From Patescibacteria group bacterium (lineage in GTDB: Bacteria > Patescibacteriota > Minisyncoccia > Phycocordibacterales > GCA-2747955): a DNA stretch of 64,000 bases. Numbering within the stretch: the stretch's first letter is position 1; the number at the start of each line of letters is the position of its first letter. The translations under genes and the position numbers were made by a program. The stretch is taken from assembly GCA_048538215.1 (NCBI GenBank), contig JBLYPV010000001.1, positions 333,499-397,498 of the forward strand, given 5' to 3'. Under the pieces are notes generated by a model. The model did not search any database, was not told the origin of the DNA, and saw only the letters and a list, made by a program, of their open reading frames with translations. This document shows, piece by piece, positions 38,875 through 49,104 of the stretch.

Positions 38875-39828
38875 TTATTCCCCTTGATGCTCTTCGAGGG
38901 CACGTTGCATTTCTTTTCCGGTAAGGGCCTGTACTCGCTTTTCTATTGGAGGGTGGGTAGACACCAAACGGCGAAAGCTATCTTTAATAGAATCTGCTCC
39001 TAAAAATGGATTAGCAATAAATAAGTGGCTTGTGGCTTGCGATACATTTTGCAATGGCTGTGCGTGCGACTGAATTTTTATAAGTGCCTGAGCTAGCCCT
39101 TCTGGATAGCGTGTAAGCAAAGCTCCACTGGCATCGGCGAGATACTCTCTCTTGCGTGAAACGGCTGCCTGAATAAGCTTGCCTATTAGAGGAGAAAATA
39201 TTGCGAGGGCAAAGACTATCAGTATCGTCACCCCCGCTGCAGGCCCACCCTCCCCTGATTTGTGGGAGCCAAGCATTCCCATACGCATAAATATATCAGC
39301 AAGCAAAGCTATAAAGCCAATCATAATCACTACAATTGTGCCTACCAAAATATCACGATTACCTATATGAGAAATTTCGTGTGCCACCACTCCTTCAAGC
39401 TCAGCATCATTAAGTATCTCGAGTAGGCCCGTGGTAAATGCCACCGACGCATGCTCTGGATTACGCCCTGTAGCAAAGGCATTGGGAGCAGGATCATCAA
39501 TAATGTGTACCCGAGGAGTAGGAATACCAGCAGTAATTGCCATATTCTCTACCATCCGAATGATTCGTAGATGTGATCTATTATTTCTATCAGCTTGATA
39601 TGCCCCTGTGCTCTTTAGGGCAATCTTGTCTGAAAAGTAGTAGCTTGTGATGCTAGAGAATATCGCAAGCACTAAGGCAATGACGACAATAGAAACATCT
39701 TGATACCAATAGGCAAAGACAAAAGCAATTCCTAATACTACTAATCCAAAAGTAAGAATAATAAGCCAAGTGCGTATTATATTTCTTCGTCGTTGGGTGT
39801 AGATACTGGGAATGGTAGCATTTTTCAT
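38875..39828 (-). CDS. htpX: membrane zinc metalloprotease HtpX (M48)
   Basis: 'HEISHIGNRD' HExxH motif and TM helices. Confidence 0.85.
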   Translation of the reverse strand: MKNATIPSIYTQRRRNIIRTWLIILTFGLVVLGIAFVFAYWYQDVSIVVIALVLAIFSSITSYYFSDKIALKSTGAYQADRNNRSHLRIIRMVENMAITAGIPTPRVHIIDDPAPNAFATGRNPEHASVAFTTGLLEILNDAELEGVVAHEISHIGNRDILVGTIVVIMIGFIALLADIFMRMGMLGSHKSGEGGPAAGVTILIVFALAIFSPLIGKLIQAAVSRKREYLADASGALLTRYPEGLAQALIKIQSHAQPLQNVSQATSHLFIANPFLGADSIKDSFRRLVSTHPPIEKRVQALTGKEMQRALEEHQGE

Positions 39829-39862
39829 AGTATCAATTATCTTGATAAGGAATCCTTTAAGA

Positions 39863-40447
39863 CTAGAACTGTACCTCTACCGCATCGCGTACTTCAGAAT
39901 CCTTAGGAAGCTCAAAATACTCCCGCTCAGCAAAATCACCCAATGAGACAAATAGATTGAAGGGTATTGTCTGAGTGATAGTGTTGAAATCTCGCACCGT
40001 GCCATTGTAGAATCGGCGGGCAGCTTGAATTTTATTTTCGGTATCCTCAAGAGAATTTTGTAGATCAAGAAAATTTGCATCTGCTTTCAAATCAGGATAT
40101 GCCTCGGCTACTGCCATCAGCTTGCCAAGCATTCCTCCCAATCCTGCCTCCGCTCCCGCTAATGCTCCTATGGCTTCTGCTGATACGGTGGAAGCATCTA
40201 TCTCGATCGAGGATGCCTTGCTACGGGCTTCCATTACCTGCTGAAGGGTTTCTTGTTCGTGCTTGGCATAGCCTTTGACTGCTTCTACTAAATTTGGAAT
40301 AAGATCATATCGACGACGAAGCTGAACATCAATATCTGCCCACGCTTCTTCTACTCTATTACGTAGGGTAATAAGATGATTGTACATCAATAGTGCGACT
40401 CCTACGATAACGATAAATCCAAGAATAAGGGCTACTGCTGTATTCAT
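39863..40447 (-). CDS. lemA: LemA family protein
   Basis: N-terminal TM plus 'LRNRVEEAWADIDVQLRRRYDLIPNLVE'. Confidence 0.85.
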   Translation of the reverse strand: MNTAVALILGFIVIVGVALLMYNHLITLRNRVEEAWADIDVQLRRRYDLIPNLVEAVKGYAKHEQETLQQVMEARSKASSIEIDASTVSAEAIGALAGAEAGLGGMLGKLMAVAEAYPDLKADANFLDLQNSLEDTENKIQAARRFYNGTVRDFNTITQTIPFNLFVSLGDFAEREYFELPKDSEVRDAVEVQF

Positions 40448-40568
40448 ATTTATTTATTTTAATTATTAATTATTCTCTTATTGTATCGCTTGGATGGATA
40501 TTTTGCCAGCTACACAAAAAATTGCTACAATGCTTGACACCATTTAGATAGCTGGGTGGTGCGTATTG

Positions 40569-40778
40569 ATATATATGCCTGAGTGGTGCAGATTAAATGA
40601 TAGAGGTAGACACGCGTGTCGTAGTATAGGAAATCTTTCACTAAAAATCTGTATCACTGTGGTAGATAGATATATATGCCTGAGTGGTGCAGATTAAATG
40701 ATAGAGGTAGACACGCGTGTCGTAGTATAGGAAATCTTTCATTAAAAATCTGTATCACTGTGGTAGATAGATATATAT
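40569..40778 (+). repeat. two tandem 101-bp repeats, each beginning with a pseudo-copy of the tRNA-Leu 5' end
   Basis: Units start at about 40577 and 40678, with the real tRNA at 40779. The units differ by 1 nt. Each carries 'gcctgagtggtg' + an 11-nt insertion + 'gtagacacgc' + 60 nt of promoter-like sequence. Confidence 0.85.
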
Positions 40779-40860
40779 GCCTGAGTGGTGGAATTGGTAG
40801 ACACGCTAGCCTTAGGAGCTAGTGCCTTCGGGCGTGGAGGTTCGAGCCCTCTCTCAGGTA
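40779..40860 (+). tRNA. tRNA-Leu (anticodon TAG)
   Basis: Acceptor gcctgag/ctcaggt, anticodon stem ctagc/gctag with loop 'ctTAGga', long variable arm, T-loop 'ggttcgagcc'. CCA is not encoded. Confidence 0.85.
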
Positions 40861-41023
40861 CAAATTTGCTCAAAAAGAGTCCGTAGGGCTCTTTTTGATT
40901 TGCAATTTGTATCTGAGAGAGGGGGAGAAAAAAATCGCCGGTATACAAGAGCCGAGGAATCGAGGCTGCTTGTCGGCGATGACGGGGTCGAGACCGAACG
41001 AGGAATCGAGCGAAGGTGGTGAC

Positions 41024-41045
41024 CGAGCCCTCTCTCAGGTACAAA
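41024..41045 (+). repeat. 22-bp direct repeat of the tRNA-Leu 3' end (att-like)
   Basis: 'cgagccctctctcaggtacaaa' is identical to 40843-40864. The intervening 160 bp contain a terminator-like hairpin and an internal 'gaggaatcgag' repeat. Confidence 0.8.
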
Positions 41046-41109
41046 CAATCATCCTAGGGGTGATTTTTGTTTCCTGAGAAACAACTATATGTATACAGTA
41101 GGGTGAAGG

Positions 41110-41550
41110 CTATCTTGGCAAGATCAAGCACCAGAATGTTACATTCCCAACAGTACACCGATTCCCCATTGAGGTATCCTCTGTGGCAAGAATATCTGCG
41201 GCAAGAATGACATTGTCTCGAGTAGGAGCATAAATATATCGTACACCAGAAAATCTGATGTTTTCTATAGAAATATAATCATCTATTAGCTGATAGAGAC
41301 ATAATTGTCCCTTATACATACGAAATGGCTCACAAAATGGCATATTATTGACCACTGCTGGATAGCTATCATTATTAATATAGTAGACACGCAAAGCTTT
41401 AGCTAAAGTGTACATTTGTTGTTGTGCTTGGGCTTCATGTGCCTGTGCACTATACTGATCAATTCCCTTAATCCACACCCCTACCAAAACTATGATAATG
41501 AGCACAATGAGAAGACTTTCTCCTATTCGTCGTGTTTGTTGTTTGGGCAT
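41110..41550 (-). CDS. hypothetical N-terminally membrane-anchored protein (possible pseudopilin-like)
   Basis: 'RRIGESLLIVLIIIVLVGVW' TM anchor. Not a canonical GFxxxE prepilin. Confidence 0.45.
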   Translation of the reverse strand: MPKQQTRRIGESLLIVLIIIVLVGVWIKGIDQYSAQAHEAQAQQQMYTLAKALRVYYINNDSYPAVVNNMPFCEPFRMYKGQLCLYQLIDDYISIENIRFSGVRYIYAPTRDNVILAADILATEDTSMGNRCTVGNVTFWCLILPR

Positions 41551-41569
41551 ACTGTTAGTACTTTACATT

Positions 41570-42601
41570 TTACACTAATCTTCGCTTTCGATATAGTGGA
41601 TTACGAGACGCACGACGAGAGATATAGCGAGCTATCCTCTTATTAATTTTAGATGGGAGACTATTAAGAACTCGGCAACGAGAGCTACAATATCCATGCT
41701 TAGCACCGTGACATTTATCACAGGCAAGGTGCAGAGCATGACATGGCACATACCCGCAATGATAATACTGATCCGTTTTTTGTTTGTTACACAGGTGACA
41801 ATATGATACGGGCTCTTCGCCGATTCGCTCACCAAGGCGCTCATCAAATACAAAATTAGTCCCCCGAAATTTATTTTCAATTCCCTCCTCTTCTACTTGA
41901 TGGCGATAGCTAATAATTCCTCCCTTAATATGCCGTACATTGCGGAAGCCCTGATGCTTCATCCAAGCCGATGCCTTTTCGCAACGAATACCCCCTGTGC
42001 AGTACAGAGCAATCTTTGTATCTTTTTTATCACTAAATTCCTCACCTACTTTAGCTAATTGCTCTCGAAAGGTATCTACCTGCATACGATGAGCATTCTC
42101 AAAATAACCGATCTCTGATTCATAAGCATTTCGCATATCTATCACCACTGATTCAGGATCATTGATATACTCATTCATCTCTTTTGCGCTTAAATAAGCG
42201 CCTGTATTGCTAGGATCAAAGCTTTCATCATCCAAACCATCAGCTACAATTTTTTCTTTTATTTTTACTGTAAGCTTATAAAAGCTAGTGTTATCTTGAT
42301 TAATGGCAATCTTATAAGGAATATCATTGAATTCTGGTATGGATTTGAGATGTGCATCAAAAGTATCCCAATTATCCTTTGGAACATTCATTTGTGCATT
42401 GATTCCTTCGTGTGCTAGATATATCCGCCCCAAACAACCAAGCGTGTACCATTTTTCAAAAAGCTCGTCTCGCACGGTCTCTGGATTATCAATTGGTACA
42501 TATTTATAAAATGAAAGCGTAATGCGCTCAATACCATCATTTGCTACCTCGCGTCTTCGTTCTTCTCGAGATTTGTATTGTTCTCTTTTAGAAATTTTCA
42601 T
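41570..42601 (-). CDS. trhO: rhodanese-domain tRNA uridine(34) hydroxylase (UPF0176/TrhO family)
   Basis: 'LYCTGGIRCEKASAWM' rhodanese active-site loop and a C-terminal Cys-rich tail. Confidence 0.75.
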   Translation of the reverse strand: MKISKREQYKSREERRREVANDGIERITLSFYKYVPIDNPETVRDELFEKWYTLGCLGRIYLAHEGINAQMNVPKDNWDTFDAHLKSIPEFNDIPYKIAINQDNTSFYKLTVKIKEKIVADGLDDESFDPSNTGAYLSAKEMNEYINDPESVVIDMRNAYESEIGYFENAHRMQVDTFREQLAKVGEEFSDKKDTKIALYCTGGIRCEKASAWMKHQGFRNVRHIKGGIISYRHQVEEEGIENKFRGTNFVFDERLGERIGEEPVSYCHLCNKQKTDQYYHCGYVPCHALHLACDKCHGAKHGYCSSRCRVLNSLPSKINKRIARYISRRASRNPLYRKRRLV

Positions 42602-42684
42602 ATTCCAGATATACTACCTAATATAACGCAAAATTCAATCACCTTACACATAATCTCCCACAAAATCATGCTATAATCCGCGCC

Positions 42685-43899
42685 ATGAAAGACGTATTCA
42701 ATTTTGAGATTACTCACTCGGGGCCTCATCTGTCTCGAGCTGGGGTGTACAATACTCCACATGGCAAAATCTACACGCCAGCTTTTGTGACTGTCGGTAC
42801 CAAAGCGACTGTCAAAGGATTGACTCCGGAAATGATCAAAGATTTGGGAGCCCAAGTATTTCTCGCCAATACCTACCATCTGTATCTTGCCCCCGGCGAC
42901 GAGCAAATAGCTCGTCTTGGTGCCTTACATCAATTTACCGGGTGGTATGGCCCCATGATGACCGACAGTGGTGGCTTTCAAGTGCTTTCTCTTGGGGCGG
43001 CCTTTGGCACTAATGTATCAAAGATTGCCAAAGATGATTCTGGCTACACTCAAAGCTCCATCAATGAGAATACTAAGGCTCGGGCTCGAATAAGCGAAGA
43101 TGGGGTGGAATTTCGCTCCATTCGAGATGGCTCACTACACTTTTTTACTCCAGAAAAATCAATGCAGATACAGCAAAATTTAGGAGCTGATATTTATTTT
43201 GCTTTTGATGAATGTACCTCTCCACAAGCAGATTATGGGTATCAAGTAGAAGCAATGAATCGCACCCATCGCTGGGCCAAGCGAAGCCTAGACGAACATC
43301 AACGCCTTGAAGCTCTCAAGGGCAACAGCCGACCACCTCAAGCATTATTTGGCGTTGTCCAAGGGGGTAGACATCCTGAATTACGCAAAGAATCTGCCGA
43401 GCTCCTCGGCTCTATGGATTTTGATGGCTTTGGAATTGGAGGGAGTTTTGATAAAGATGATATGGAAAGTGCTGTGGGTATTGCTTGTGCACATTTACCT
43501 AAAGATAAGCCTCGTCATTTACTAGGAATTGGTGAGCCCATTGATTTATTCCTTGGTGTCGAACAAGGAATCGACCTTTTTGATTGTGTGGCTCCGACCC
43601 GCATGGCTCGACACGGTGGAGTGCATACCCGTGATGGCAAAATCAATCTTAAATCAAAAGACAATCGAAGCTATGTAGGGCCGATTGATGCCGAATGTGG
43701 CTGTTATGCCTGTAAGCGCTTCTCTCGCGCCTATATTGCCCACCTCTTACGAGAGAAAGAAATGCTCGGTGCTACCCTTGCCTCGATACACAACCTATAT
43801 TTTATCAATCATCTTGTAGCAGATATTCGCCAATCAATTATTGATGAAAAATTTTATGAATTCAAGAATCAATTCCTCAATCGATATTATGATAATTAA
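42685..43899 (+). CDS. tgt: queuine tRNA-ribosyltransferase
   Basis: 'MTDSGGFQV' and the zinc site 'CGCYACKRFSRAYIAHL'. Confidence 0.9.
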   Translation: MKDVFNFEITHSGPHLSRAGVYNTPHGKIYTPAFVTVGTKATVKGLTPEMIKDLGAQVFLANTYHLYLAPGDEQIARLGALHQFTGWYGPMMTDSGGFQVLSLGAAFGTNVSKIAKDDSGYTQSSINENTKARARISEDGVEFRSIRDGSLHFFTPEKSMQIQQNLGADIYFAFDECTSPQADYGYQVEAMNRTHRWAKRSLDEHQRLEALKGNSRPPQALFGVVQGGRHPELRKESAELLGSMDFDGFGIGGSFDKDDMESAVGIACAHLPKDKPRHLLGIGEPIDLFLGVEQGIDLFDCVAPTRMARHGGVHTRDGKINLKSKDNRSYVGPIDAECGCYACKRFSRAYIAHLLREKEMLGATLASIHNLYFINHLVADIRQSIIDEKFYEFKNQFLNRYYDN

Positions 43900-43926
43900 A
43901 AAGTCGGGAATTGAATTCCCGACTTT

Positions 43927-44913
43927 TTAATCATCCTCACTTTCTTCATATTCCTCAATAGCGCTAATAATTGGGCCAATATCACCATCAAGAATTTTTT
44001 CTATATTTGACCATGATTTTTTGATACGATGATCGGTAATTCTGTCTTGGGGGAAATTATAAGTACGAATTTTTTCACTTCGGTCTCCTGTGCCTACCTG
44101 TTTTTTTCGGTGAGCTGCGTATTTTTCTTCGTGAGCTCTGTCCTGCATTTCTTGTAATTGTGAAAGTAAAAGCGACATTGCCCTCTCATGATTTTTTAGC
44201 TGAGTACGCTCAGCGGTGGATCGTACAGAAATTCCTGTGGGCTTGTGTGTGAGTCGTACAGCTGACTCTACCTTGTTTACATTTTGTCCCCCAGCTCCCC
44301 CCGATCGAGAAGTCTCTCGCTCGATATCGGCATCATCTATTTTTACTGTAATGCGCTTTTTGACGGGCATAATAGCTACGGTGACCGTAGAGGTATGCAC
44401 TCGGCCATTCTTTTCGGTAGCAGGAATACGCTGTACGCGATGTACACCTGTCTCGTGTCGTAGCTTTTTATAGCAATCGAGCCCTTTGACTTCAAACATA
44501 GCTTCTTTGTATCCGCCAGCCTCATTCATTGATGTATCACTCAATCGCCATTGCCATCCTTGGCTAAGGACATACTTTTCATACATCTCGGCAAGTTCTG
44601 TGGCAAAAAGTGATGCTTCATCACCCCCTGCTCCCGCACGAATTTCTAAAACAAGCTCATTAGGAAATCGTTCTTCTTCCTTTTCGCTTGCTTCAATGTG
44701 CTTGATTTGTTCTTCAATGCCTTGCAACTGCTCGTTGATTGTCGCAATATCTTCTTCTGCCATTTCTGCCATTTCTGTATCCTCTGCCAATTCTTGTGCC
44801 TCAGCTTTTTCTGTCTCTAGACGCAGATATTCATTAGCAAGAAAAGCAGTCTTAGGATTATCCAAGAAGCGAGATACATCAAATACATTGTCTTGGTCTT
44901 CTTTTTGTGTCAT
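43927..44913 (-). CDS. prfA: peptide chain release factor 1
   Basis: GGQ motif '[17 protein letters not shown]' and the RF1-type tripeptide 'IPATE' (PxT). Confidence 0.9.
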   Translation of the reverse strand: MTQKEDQDNVFDVSRFLDNPKTAFLANEYLRLETEKAEAQELAEDTEMAEMAEEDIATINEQLQGIEEQIKHIEASEKEEERFPNELVLEIRAGAGGDEASLFATELAEMYEKYVLSQGWQWRLSDTSMNEAGGYKEAMFEVKGLDCYKKLRHETGVHRVQRIPATEKNGRVHTSTVTVAIMPVKKRITVKIDDADIERETSRSGGAGGQNVNKVESAVRLTHKPTGISVRSTAERTQLKNHERAMSLLLSQLQEMQDRAHEEKYAAHRKKQVGTGDRSEKIRTYNFPQDRITDHRIKKSWSNIEKILDGDIGPIISAIEEYEESEDD

Positions 44914-44953
44914 AGTAGGCGAAATTATAGCACATAGTGATTATAATAAAGAG

Positions 44954-45742
44954 ATGAAGCACAACAACACCTCACAAAAACAAGAGCATTACTGGCTTCT
45001 AACTGAGAAATATAATGGTGTAGCAACGCCTGAGTATTATAATGATGTGGTTCGACTAGAATCAGGAATGCCTGTAGACTTTCTTATCGGCTACCGAGAA
45101 TTTTTGAATTGCCCCATTGATCTCTCTTATCGCCCGCTCATTCCCCGCAATGAAACAGAGTTTTGGACGCAAGACATCATCACTAAATATAAAAAACAAA
45201 AAAGCTCGACTTCTCAGGCGGTGCGGGTCTTAGATATCTGTGCAGGCTCAGGCTGTATCGGAATTGCCCTACTCGCTCACCTCCCCAAAATACAAGTAGA
45301 CTTTGCTGAATATAATCCTCAATTTATTAAGCAAATACATAAAAATTTAGAGCTCAATAAGATAGATCCAGAGCGCTACCATATCTATCAATCAGATATG
45401 TTTACACAGGTAAGAGGATCGAGCCACCCACTATATGATTTGATTGTCGCCAATCCTCCCTATATTGCTCGCAATAGAAAAGATACTGTGCAACAAAGCG
45501 TGCATCATTTTGAAGATCACGGCTCGCTTTACGCGGATGACGATGGCTTGGAATATATCAAGGTGATAATAAGTGCCTTGCCCCGCTATCTTGCCCCTGG
45601 TGGTGAATGCTATATTGAGTATGATTCATGGCAAACACATCTTATCACCACATACCTCGATACCTACCACCCCACTCTTAGGTATCGCATCCTACAAGAT
45701 CAAAATGAAAAAGACAGAGTGGTACATATCTATTACAAATAA
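44954..45742 (+). CDS. prmC: release factor glutamine methyltransferase (HemK/PrmC)
   Basis: 'LDICAGSGCIG' SAM motif and 'VANPPYI'. The track ORF 44486.. is an upstream extension running antisense to prfA. The start is taken at 'MKHNNTSQ'. Confidence 0.8.
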   Translation: MKHNNTSQKQEHYWLLTEKYNGVATPEYYNDVVRLESGMPVDFLIGYREFLNCPIDLSYRPLIPRNETEFWTQDIITKYKKQKSSTSQAVRVLDICAGSGCIGIALLAHLPKIQVDFAEYNPQFIKQIHKNLELNKIDPERYHIYQSDMFTQVRGSSHPLYDLIVANPPYIARNRKDTVQQSVHHFEDHGSLYADDDGLEYIKVIISALPRYLAPGGECYIEYDSWQTHLITTYLDTYHPTLRYRILQDQNEKDRVVHIYYK

Positions 45743-45809
45743 ATAATCTATACCAACAATAAAAACTCGTCTGATAGACGAGTTTTTATAGATTGTTTCA
45801 CTGTAATTA

Positions 45810-46067
45810 CTATTTTTTTTCAGCCTTATCCATTCGTTGTTTGAATCGTTCGACGCGTCCGCCACTATCCATTACCTTTTCGGTACCAGTATAGAAGGGA
45901 TGCGAAGCACTGGAGACTTCTACTCGATATAATGGGTATTCTACACCATTAGTCCAAGTGCCTTTCTCTTCTGTCTCCACGGTAGAGCCAATCAAGAATT
46001 GAGCTTCTACAGCTTTGTCTTCAAAAATGACAGGGCGATAATTTTGTGGGTGAATATCTGCTTTCAT
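45810..46067 (-). CDS. rpmE: 50S ribosomal protein L31
   Basis: 'MKADIHPQNYRPVIFED'. Confidence 0.85.
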   Translation of the reverse strand: MKADIHPQNYRPVIFEDKAVEAQFLIGSTVETEEKGTWTNGVEYPLYRVEVSSASHPFYTGTEKVMDSGGRVERFKQRMDKAEKK

Positions 46068-46071
46068 GGTA

Positions 46072-46626
46072 CTAAGCGTTAGTGTCTTCTAATTCTTTTT
46101 TAAAAGGAATACCTAAGTGCTCGAAATAGGCGATTGCCTCTTCTCTGCTTGGGGCGGTAGTGACTATTGTAACAGCCATACTAAAGACATCTCGGATGTC
46201 TTCATCTCCTGTTTCTGGGAATATAGTGTGCTCTTTGATCCCAATAGTGAGATTACCCATCTCATCTACGCTGGTGCGAGCAATCCCCCGGAAATCTTTG
46301 GTACGTGGCAAAGCAATATGAATGAGCTTATCAAGCATATCGCGAGCTCGTTGGCCAGAAAGGGTGACCTTGAATCCAGCTGTGTCTCCCTCACGAATTT
46401 TGAATTGAGCAATCGATTTGCGTGCAGGGCTTGGAGCAATCTTTTGTCCTGCAATACGAGCCATTCGATCCTCGATTACACCCATCTTGTGAGCATCATG
46501 ACGAATGCGCCCTACCCCAGTAGAGAGTACTACCTTATCAAGGCGTGGGCATTGCATCACATTGGTATAGCCAAATTGATCTTTGAGTGTCTCGAACGCT
46601 GTTTGTTGTTGTTCTTGTACTTGCAT
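46072..46626 (-). CDS. rplE: 50S ribosomal protein L5
   Basis: Conserved L5 sequence and position after L24. Confidence 0.9.
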   Translation of the reverse strand: MQVQEQQQTAFETLKDQFGYTNVMQCPRLDKVVLSTGVGRIRHDAHKMGVIEDRMARIAGQKIAPSPARKSIAQFKIREGDTAGFKVTLSGQRARDMLDKLIHIALPRTKDFRGIARTSVDEMGNLTIGIKEHTIFPETGDEDIRDVFSMAVTIVTTAPSREEAIAYFEHLGIPFKKELEDTNA

Positions 46627-46644
46627 AATACTACTGGATTATTC

Positions 46645-46950
46645 TTAATCGAGAGATTTACCCGATGATTTAGCAATGCGCACTTTTTTGCCAGAAGTAC
46701 GATCAATCTTTACACGAGTAGGCTTGCCACTTACTGGATCGATAAGTGATACATTTGATGCATCAATGGGATGGCTCATTTCTACAATGCCTCCTTCATT
46801 TTGATCGCTAGACTTTATGTGCTTTTTCTTGATATTGACACCATCAACAATCACTTTGTTTTTATCTCGGAAAGTTTTAATCACAACGCCCTGCTTGCCT
46901 TTGTCACGGCCTGCGATGACCATTACTTTATCTCCTTGTTTGATCTTCAT
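46645..46950 (-). CDS. rplX: 50S ribosomal protein L24
   Basis: 'MKIKQGDKVMVIAGRDKGKQG' KOW motif. Confidence 0.9.
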   Translation of the reverse strand: MKIKQGDKVMVIAGRDKGKQGVVIKTFRDKNKVIVDGVNIKKKHIKSSDQNEGGIVEMSHPIDASNVSLIDPVSGKPTRVKIDRTSGKKVRIAKSSGKSLD

Positions 46951-46966
46951 ATAATTCTATTTAGAT

Positions 46967-47341
46967 TTAGACAACCTCAGGGGCAAGTGAAGCGATTTTT
47001 TGATATCCTAACTCAGAAATTTCTCGCGGAATTGGACCAAAAACACGCCCAGCTCGTGGCTCTTTTTTCCCTTCACGATTGATAATAATAATGGCATTTT
47101 CATCAAAATAAATGTATGAACCATCTTTACGGCGGAATGGCTTTCGTTGTCGTACTACTACCGCACGTACTATTTCTTTCTTCTTTATCTGTTTGCGTGG
47201 CTCAGCACTTTGCACTGAAGCAATGACTTCATCACCAATCCGTGCGTATCGTCGCTTGCTACCTCCAAGCACCTTAAATACACGAGCGGTCTTGGCGCCA
47301 CTATTGTCGCTAACTTTGACGATTGTCTGTGGTTGAATCAT
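46967..47341 (-). CDS. rplN: 50S ribosomal protein L14
   Basis: 'MIQPQTIVKVSDNSGAK'. Confidence 0.95.
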   Translation of the reverse strand: MIQPQTIVKVSDNSGAKTARVFKVLGGSKRRYARIGDEVIASVQSAEPRKQIKKKEIVRAVVVRQRKPFRRKDGSYIYFDENAIIIINREGKKEPRAGRVFGPIPREISELGYQKIASLAPEVV

Positions 47342-47366
47342 AAGCGCTTATTTTAATACTAATAAA

Positions 47367-47612
47367 TTATTCTACGATGGTGAATCGTTTATTTTTTGAG
47401 ATTGGCTTGGTCTCTTGGATGGTCACGGTATCTCCTACCTGGGCAGTATTGCCTGCATTGTGTACTTGATACTTTTTTGTAGTCTTAATGTACTTGTGGT
47501 AGCGAGGATGCTTTACCAATCGTTCTACTGCCACCACAGCAGTATCTTGCATTTTGTTTGAAGTAACAATACCAGTGAGGCGACGTGGATTGGTGTTATT
47601 TGTGTTGCTCAT
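47367..47612 (-). CDS. rpsQ: 30S ribosomal protein S17
   Basis: S17 OB-fold sequence and position. Confidence 0.9.
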   Translation of the reverse strand: MSNTNNTNPRRLTGIVTSNKMQDTAVVAVERLVKHPRYHKYIKTTKKYQVHNAGNTAQVGDTVTIQETKPISKNKRFTIVE

Positions 47613-47623
47613 AGATGTAATAA

Positions 47624-47812
47624 TTATGAATCAATAGTAGAACGAGATGATATCTCTGTCTGAAGGCGGGCAATTTCCCGACGAAGATTACGACGAGTAA
47701 CCGCTCCCGGCTTTGATTTACCCAAAGAGAAATCAAGCTCTTGGATGGCCCGCTTTTTCTGGGCGATCATTTCGCGTAATTCACTGACTTGTTTTTTTGC
47801 TAGCTTGCTCAT
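47624..47812 (-). CDS. rpmC: 50S ribosomal protein L29
   Basis: Small helical protein and position. Confidence 0.85.
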   Translation of the reverse strand: MSKLAKKQVSELREMIAQKKRAIQELDFSLGKSKPGAVTRRNLRREIARLQTEISSRSTIDS

Positions 47813-47819
47813 ATCAATT

Positions 47820-48239
47820 TTAATATCGTGCTACTACTTTTGACTTTAATGGCATTTTTGTGCCACCTTTGCGAAGTGCTTCTTTGGCTACCTCATCAGA
47901 TACTCCTGACACTTCGAAGAGGACACGCCCTGGCTCTACTTCGAAACAAAAGCCCTGTGGCTCTCCCTTTCCCTTACCCATCGGCACTTCTGCTGATTTC
48001 TCTGTCCATGGACGATCAGGGAAAATACGAATCCACATTTTGCCACTTTTTCCAATAGTACGACGAATAACCTTACGAGCAGCCTCGATTTGATTAGATG
48101 TTACTCGCTCACCAGTAGTAGCTTTCAGCCCGTGTGAGCCAAAATCTACTGAAGCGCCACGAGTGGCCATCCCTCGCTTGTTGATGTGCTTGCGAGCGGT
48201 TTGCCACTTTCTAAATTTTACCTTATTTGGGAATAGCAT
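47820..48239 (-). CDS. rplP: 50S ribosomal protein L16
   Basis: 'MLFPNKVKFRKWQ...' with start at the internal ATG. Confidence 0.9.
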   Translation of the reverse strand: MLFPNKVKFRKWQTARKHINKRGMATRGASVDFGSHGLKATTGERVTSNQIEAARKVIRRTIGKSGKMWIRIFPDRPWTEKSAEVPMGKGKGEPQGFCFEVEPGRVLFEVSGVSDEVAKEALRKGGTKMPLKSKVVARY

Positions 48240-48422
48240 ACTTGTAGTAATTACGGTGGAAACGAGCCCAACACATATGACCATACTATATCAAGACGAT
48301 ATGAATGGTGCCTCGACCAGTAGGGTAATGGCCTACTTGGCGAAGTATGTGCTAGGCACTATTGTATACCTAACAAAAGTAAGGTATACAATAGTGCCAA
48401 CCACGAGGATTGGACGATTATA

Positions 48423-49100
48423 TTATGAGCCTTTACGCTCTTTTTCAAAAAGCTCACCACGATAAATCCATACTTTGACTCCAATCACTCCATAAGGAAG
48501 ATTGGCGCGCAACTCACGATAATCGATATCTGCACGCAATGTTTGTAGTGGGATTCGGCCTCGCTTGAGATACTCTCTACGAGACATCTCCGCTCCATTA
48601 AGACGCCCTGAGATAGTAATTTTTATTCCTAATACCTCTTTATTTGCCATTGATTTCTCAATGGTCGTCTTTAATACTCGGCGGAAAGGCATTCGTCGTT
48701 CGAGCCCTTCTACTACACTTGCTGCAACAATCCCTGCATCTGCTTCTGGATTACGGATATCTTCAATCTCGATACGAATATTTTCTGGTACATGGCAATC
48801 GTGCTTCTTGAGAACCCGTACAATTCCTGATTTGAGCTCATTTACCCCCTCTCCTCCGCGACCAATAATCATTCCTGATCGGCTGGTAGCGATAATAATT
48901 TTATAATTTTTATCATCACGTTCGATTTGAATATCAGATACATACTTACCGTGTAGTTTCTGCATAAGGTAGTCTCGCACTACAGTATCTGTTTTAAGAA
49001 ATTCAACGTATTGTTTGCGACCAGCAAACCAGCGAGCCTTCCAATCACGAATACCGCTTCCTCCGAGCCGATGTGCATATGGGTGTACAATTTTAGTCAT
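48423..49100 (-). CDS. rpsC: 30S ribosomal protein S3
   Basis: KH domain plus the S3 C-terminus. Confidence 0.9.
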   Translation of the reverse strand: MTKIVHPYAHRLGGSGIRDWKARWFAGRKQYVEFLKTDTVVRDYLMQKLHGKYVSDIQIERDDKNYKIIIATSRSGMIIGRGGEGVNELKSGIVRVLKKHDCHVPENIRIEIEDIRNPEADAGIVAASVVEGLERRMPFRRVLKTTIEKSMANKEVLGIKITISGRLNGAEMSRREYLKRGRIPLQTLRADIDYRELRANLPYGVIGVKVWIYRGELFEKERKGS

Positions 49101-49104
49101 AATA

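Noticed and set aside
40560-40780. Possible CRISPR array, since the sequence has regularly spaced repeats.
   Set aside because: The 101-bp units are contiguous with no unique spacers. They are derived from the adjacent tRNA-Leu 5' end and promoter. No cas genes are present in the window.
44486-44953. Long N-terminal extension of prmC (track ORF 44486..45742, 418 aa).
   Set aside because: The extension is the reverse-complement frame of the prfA coding region, which occupies 43927..44913. The true prmC start is the ATG at 44954, giving a standard 262-aa HemK.
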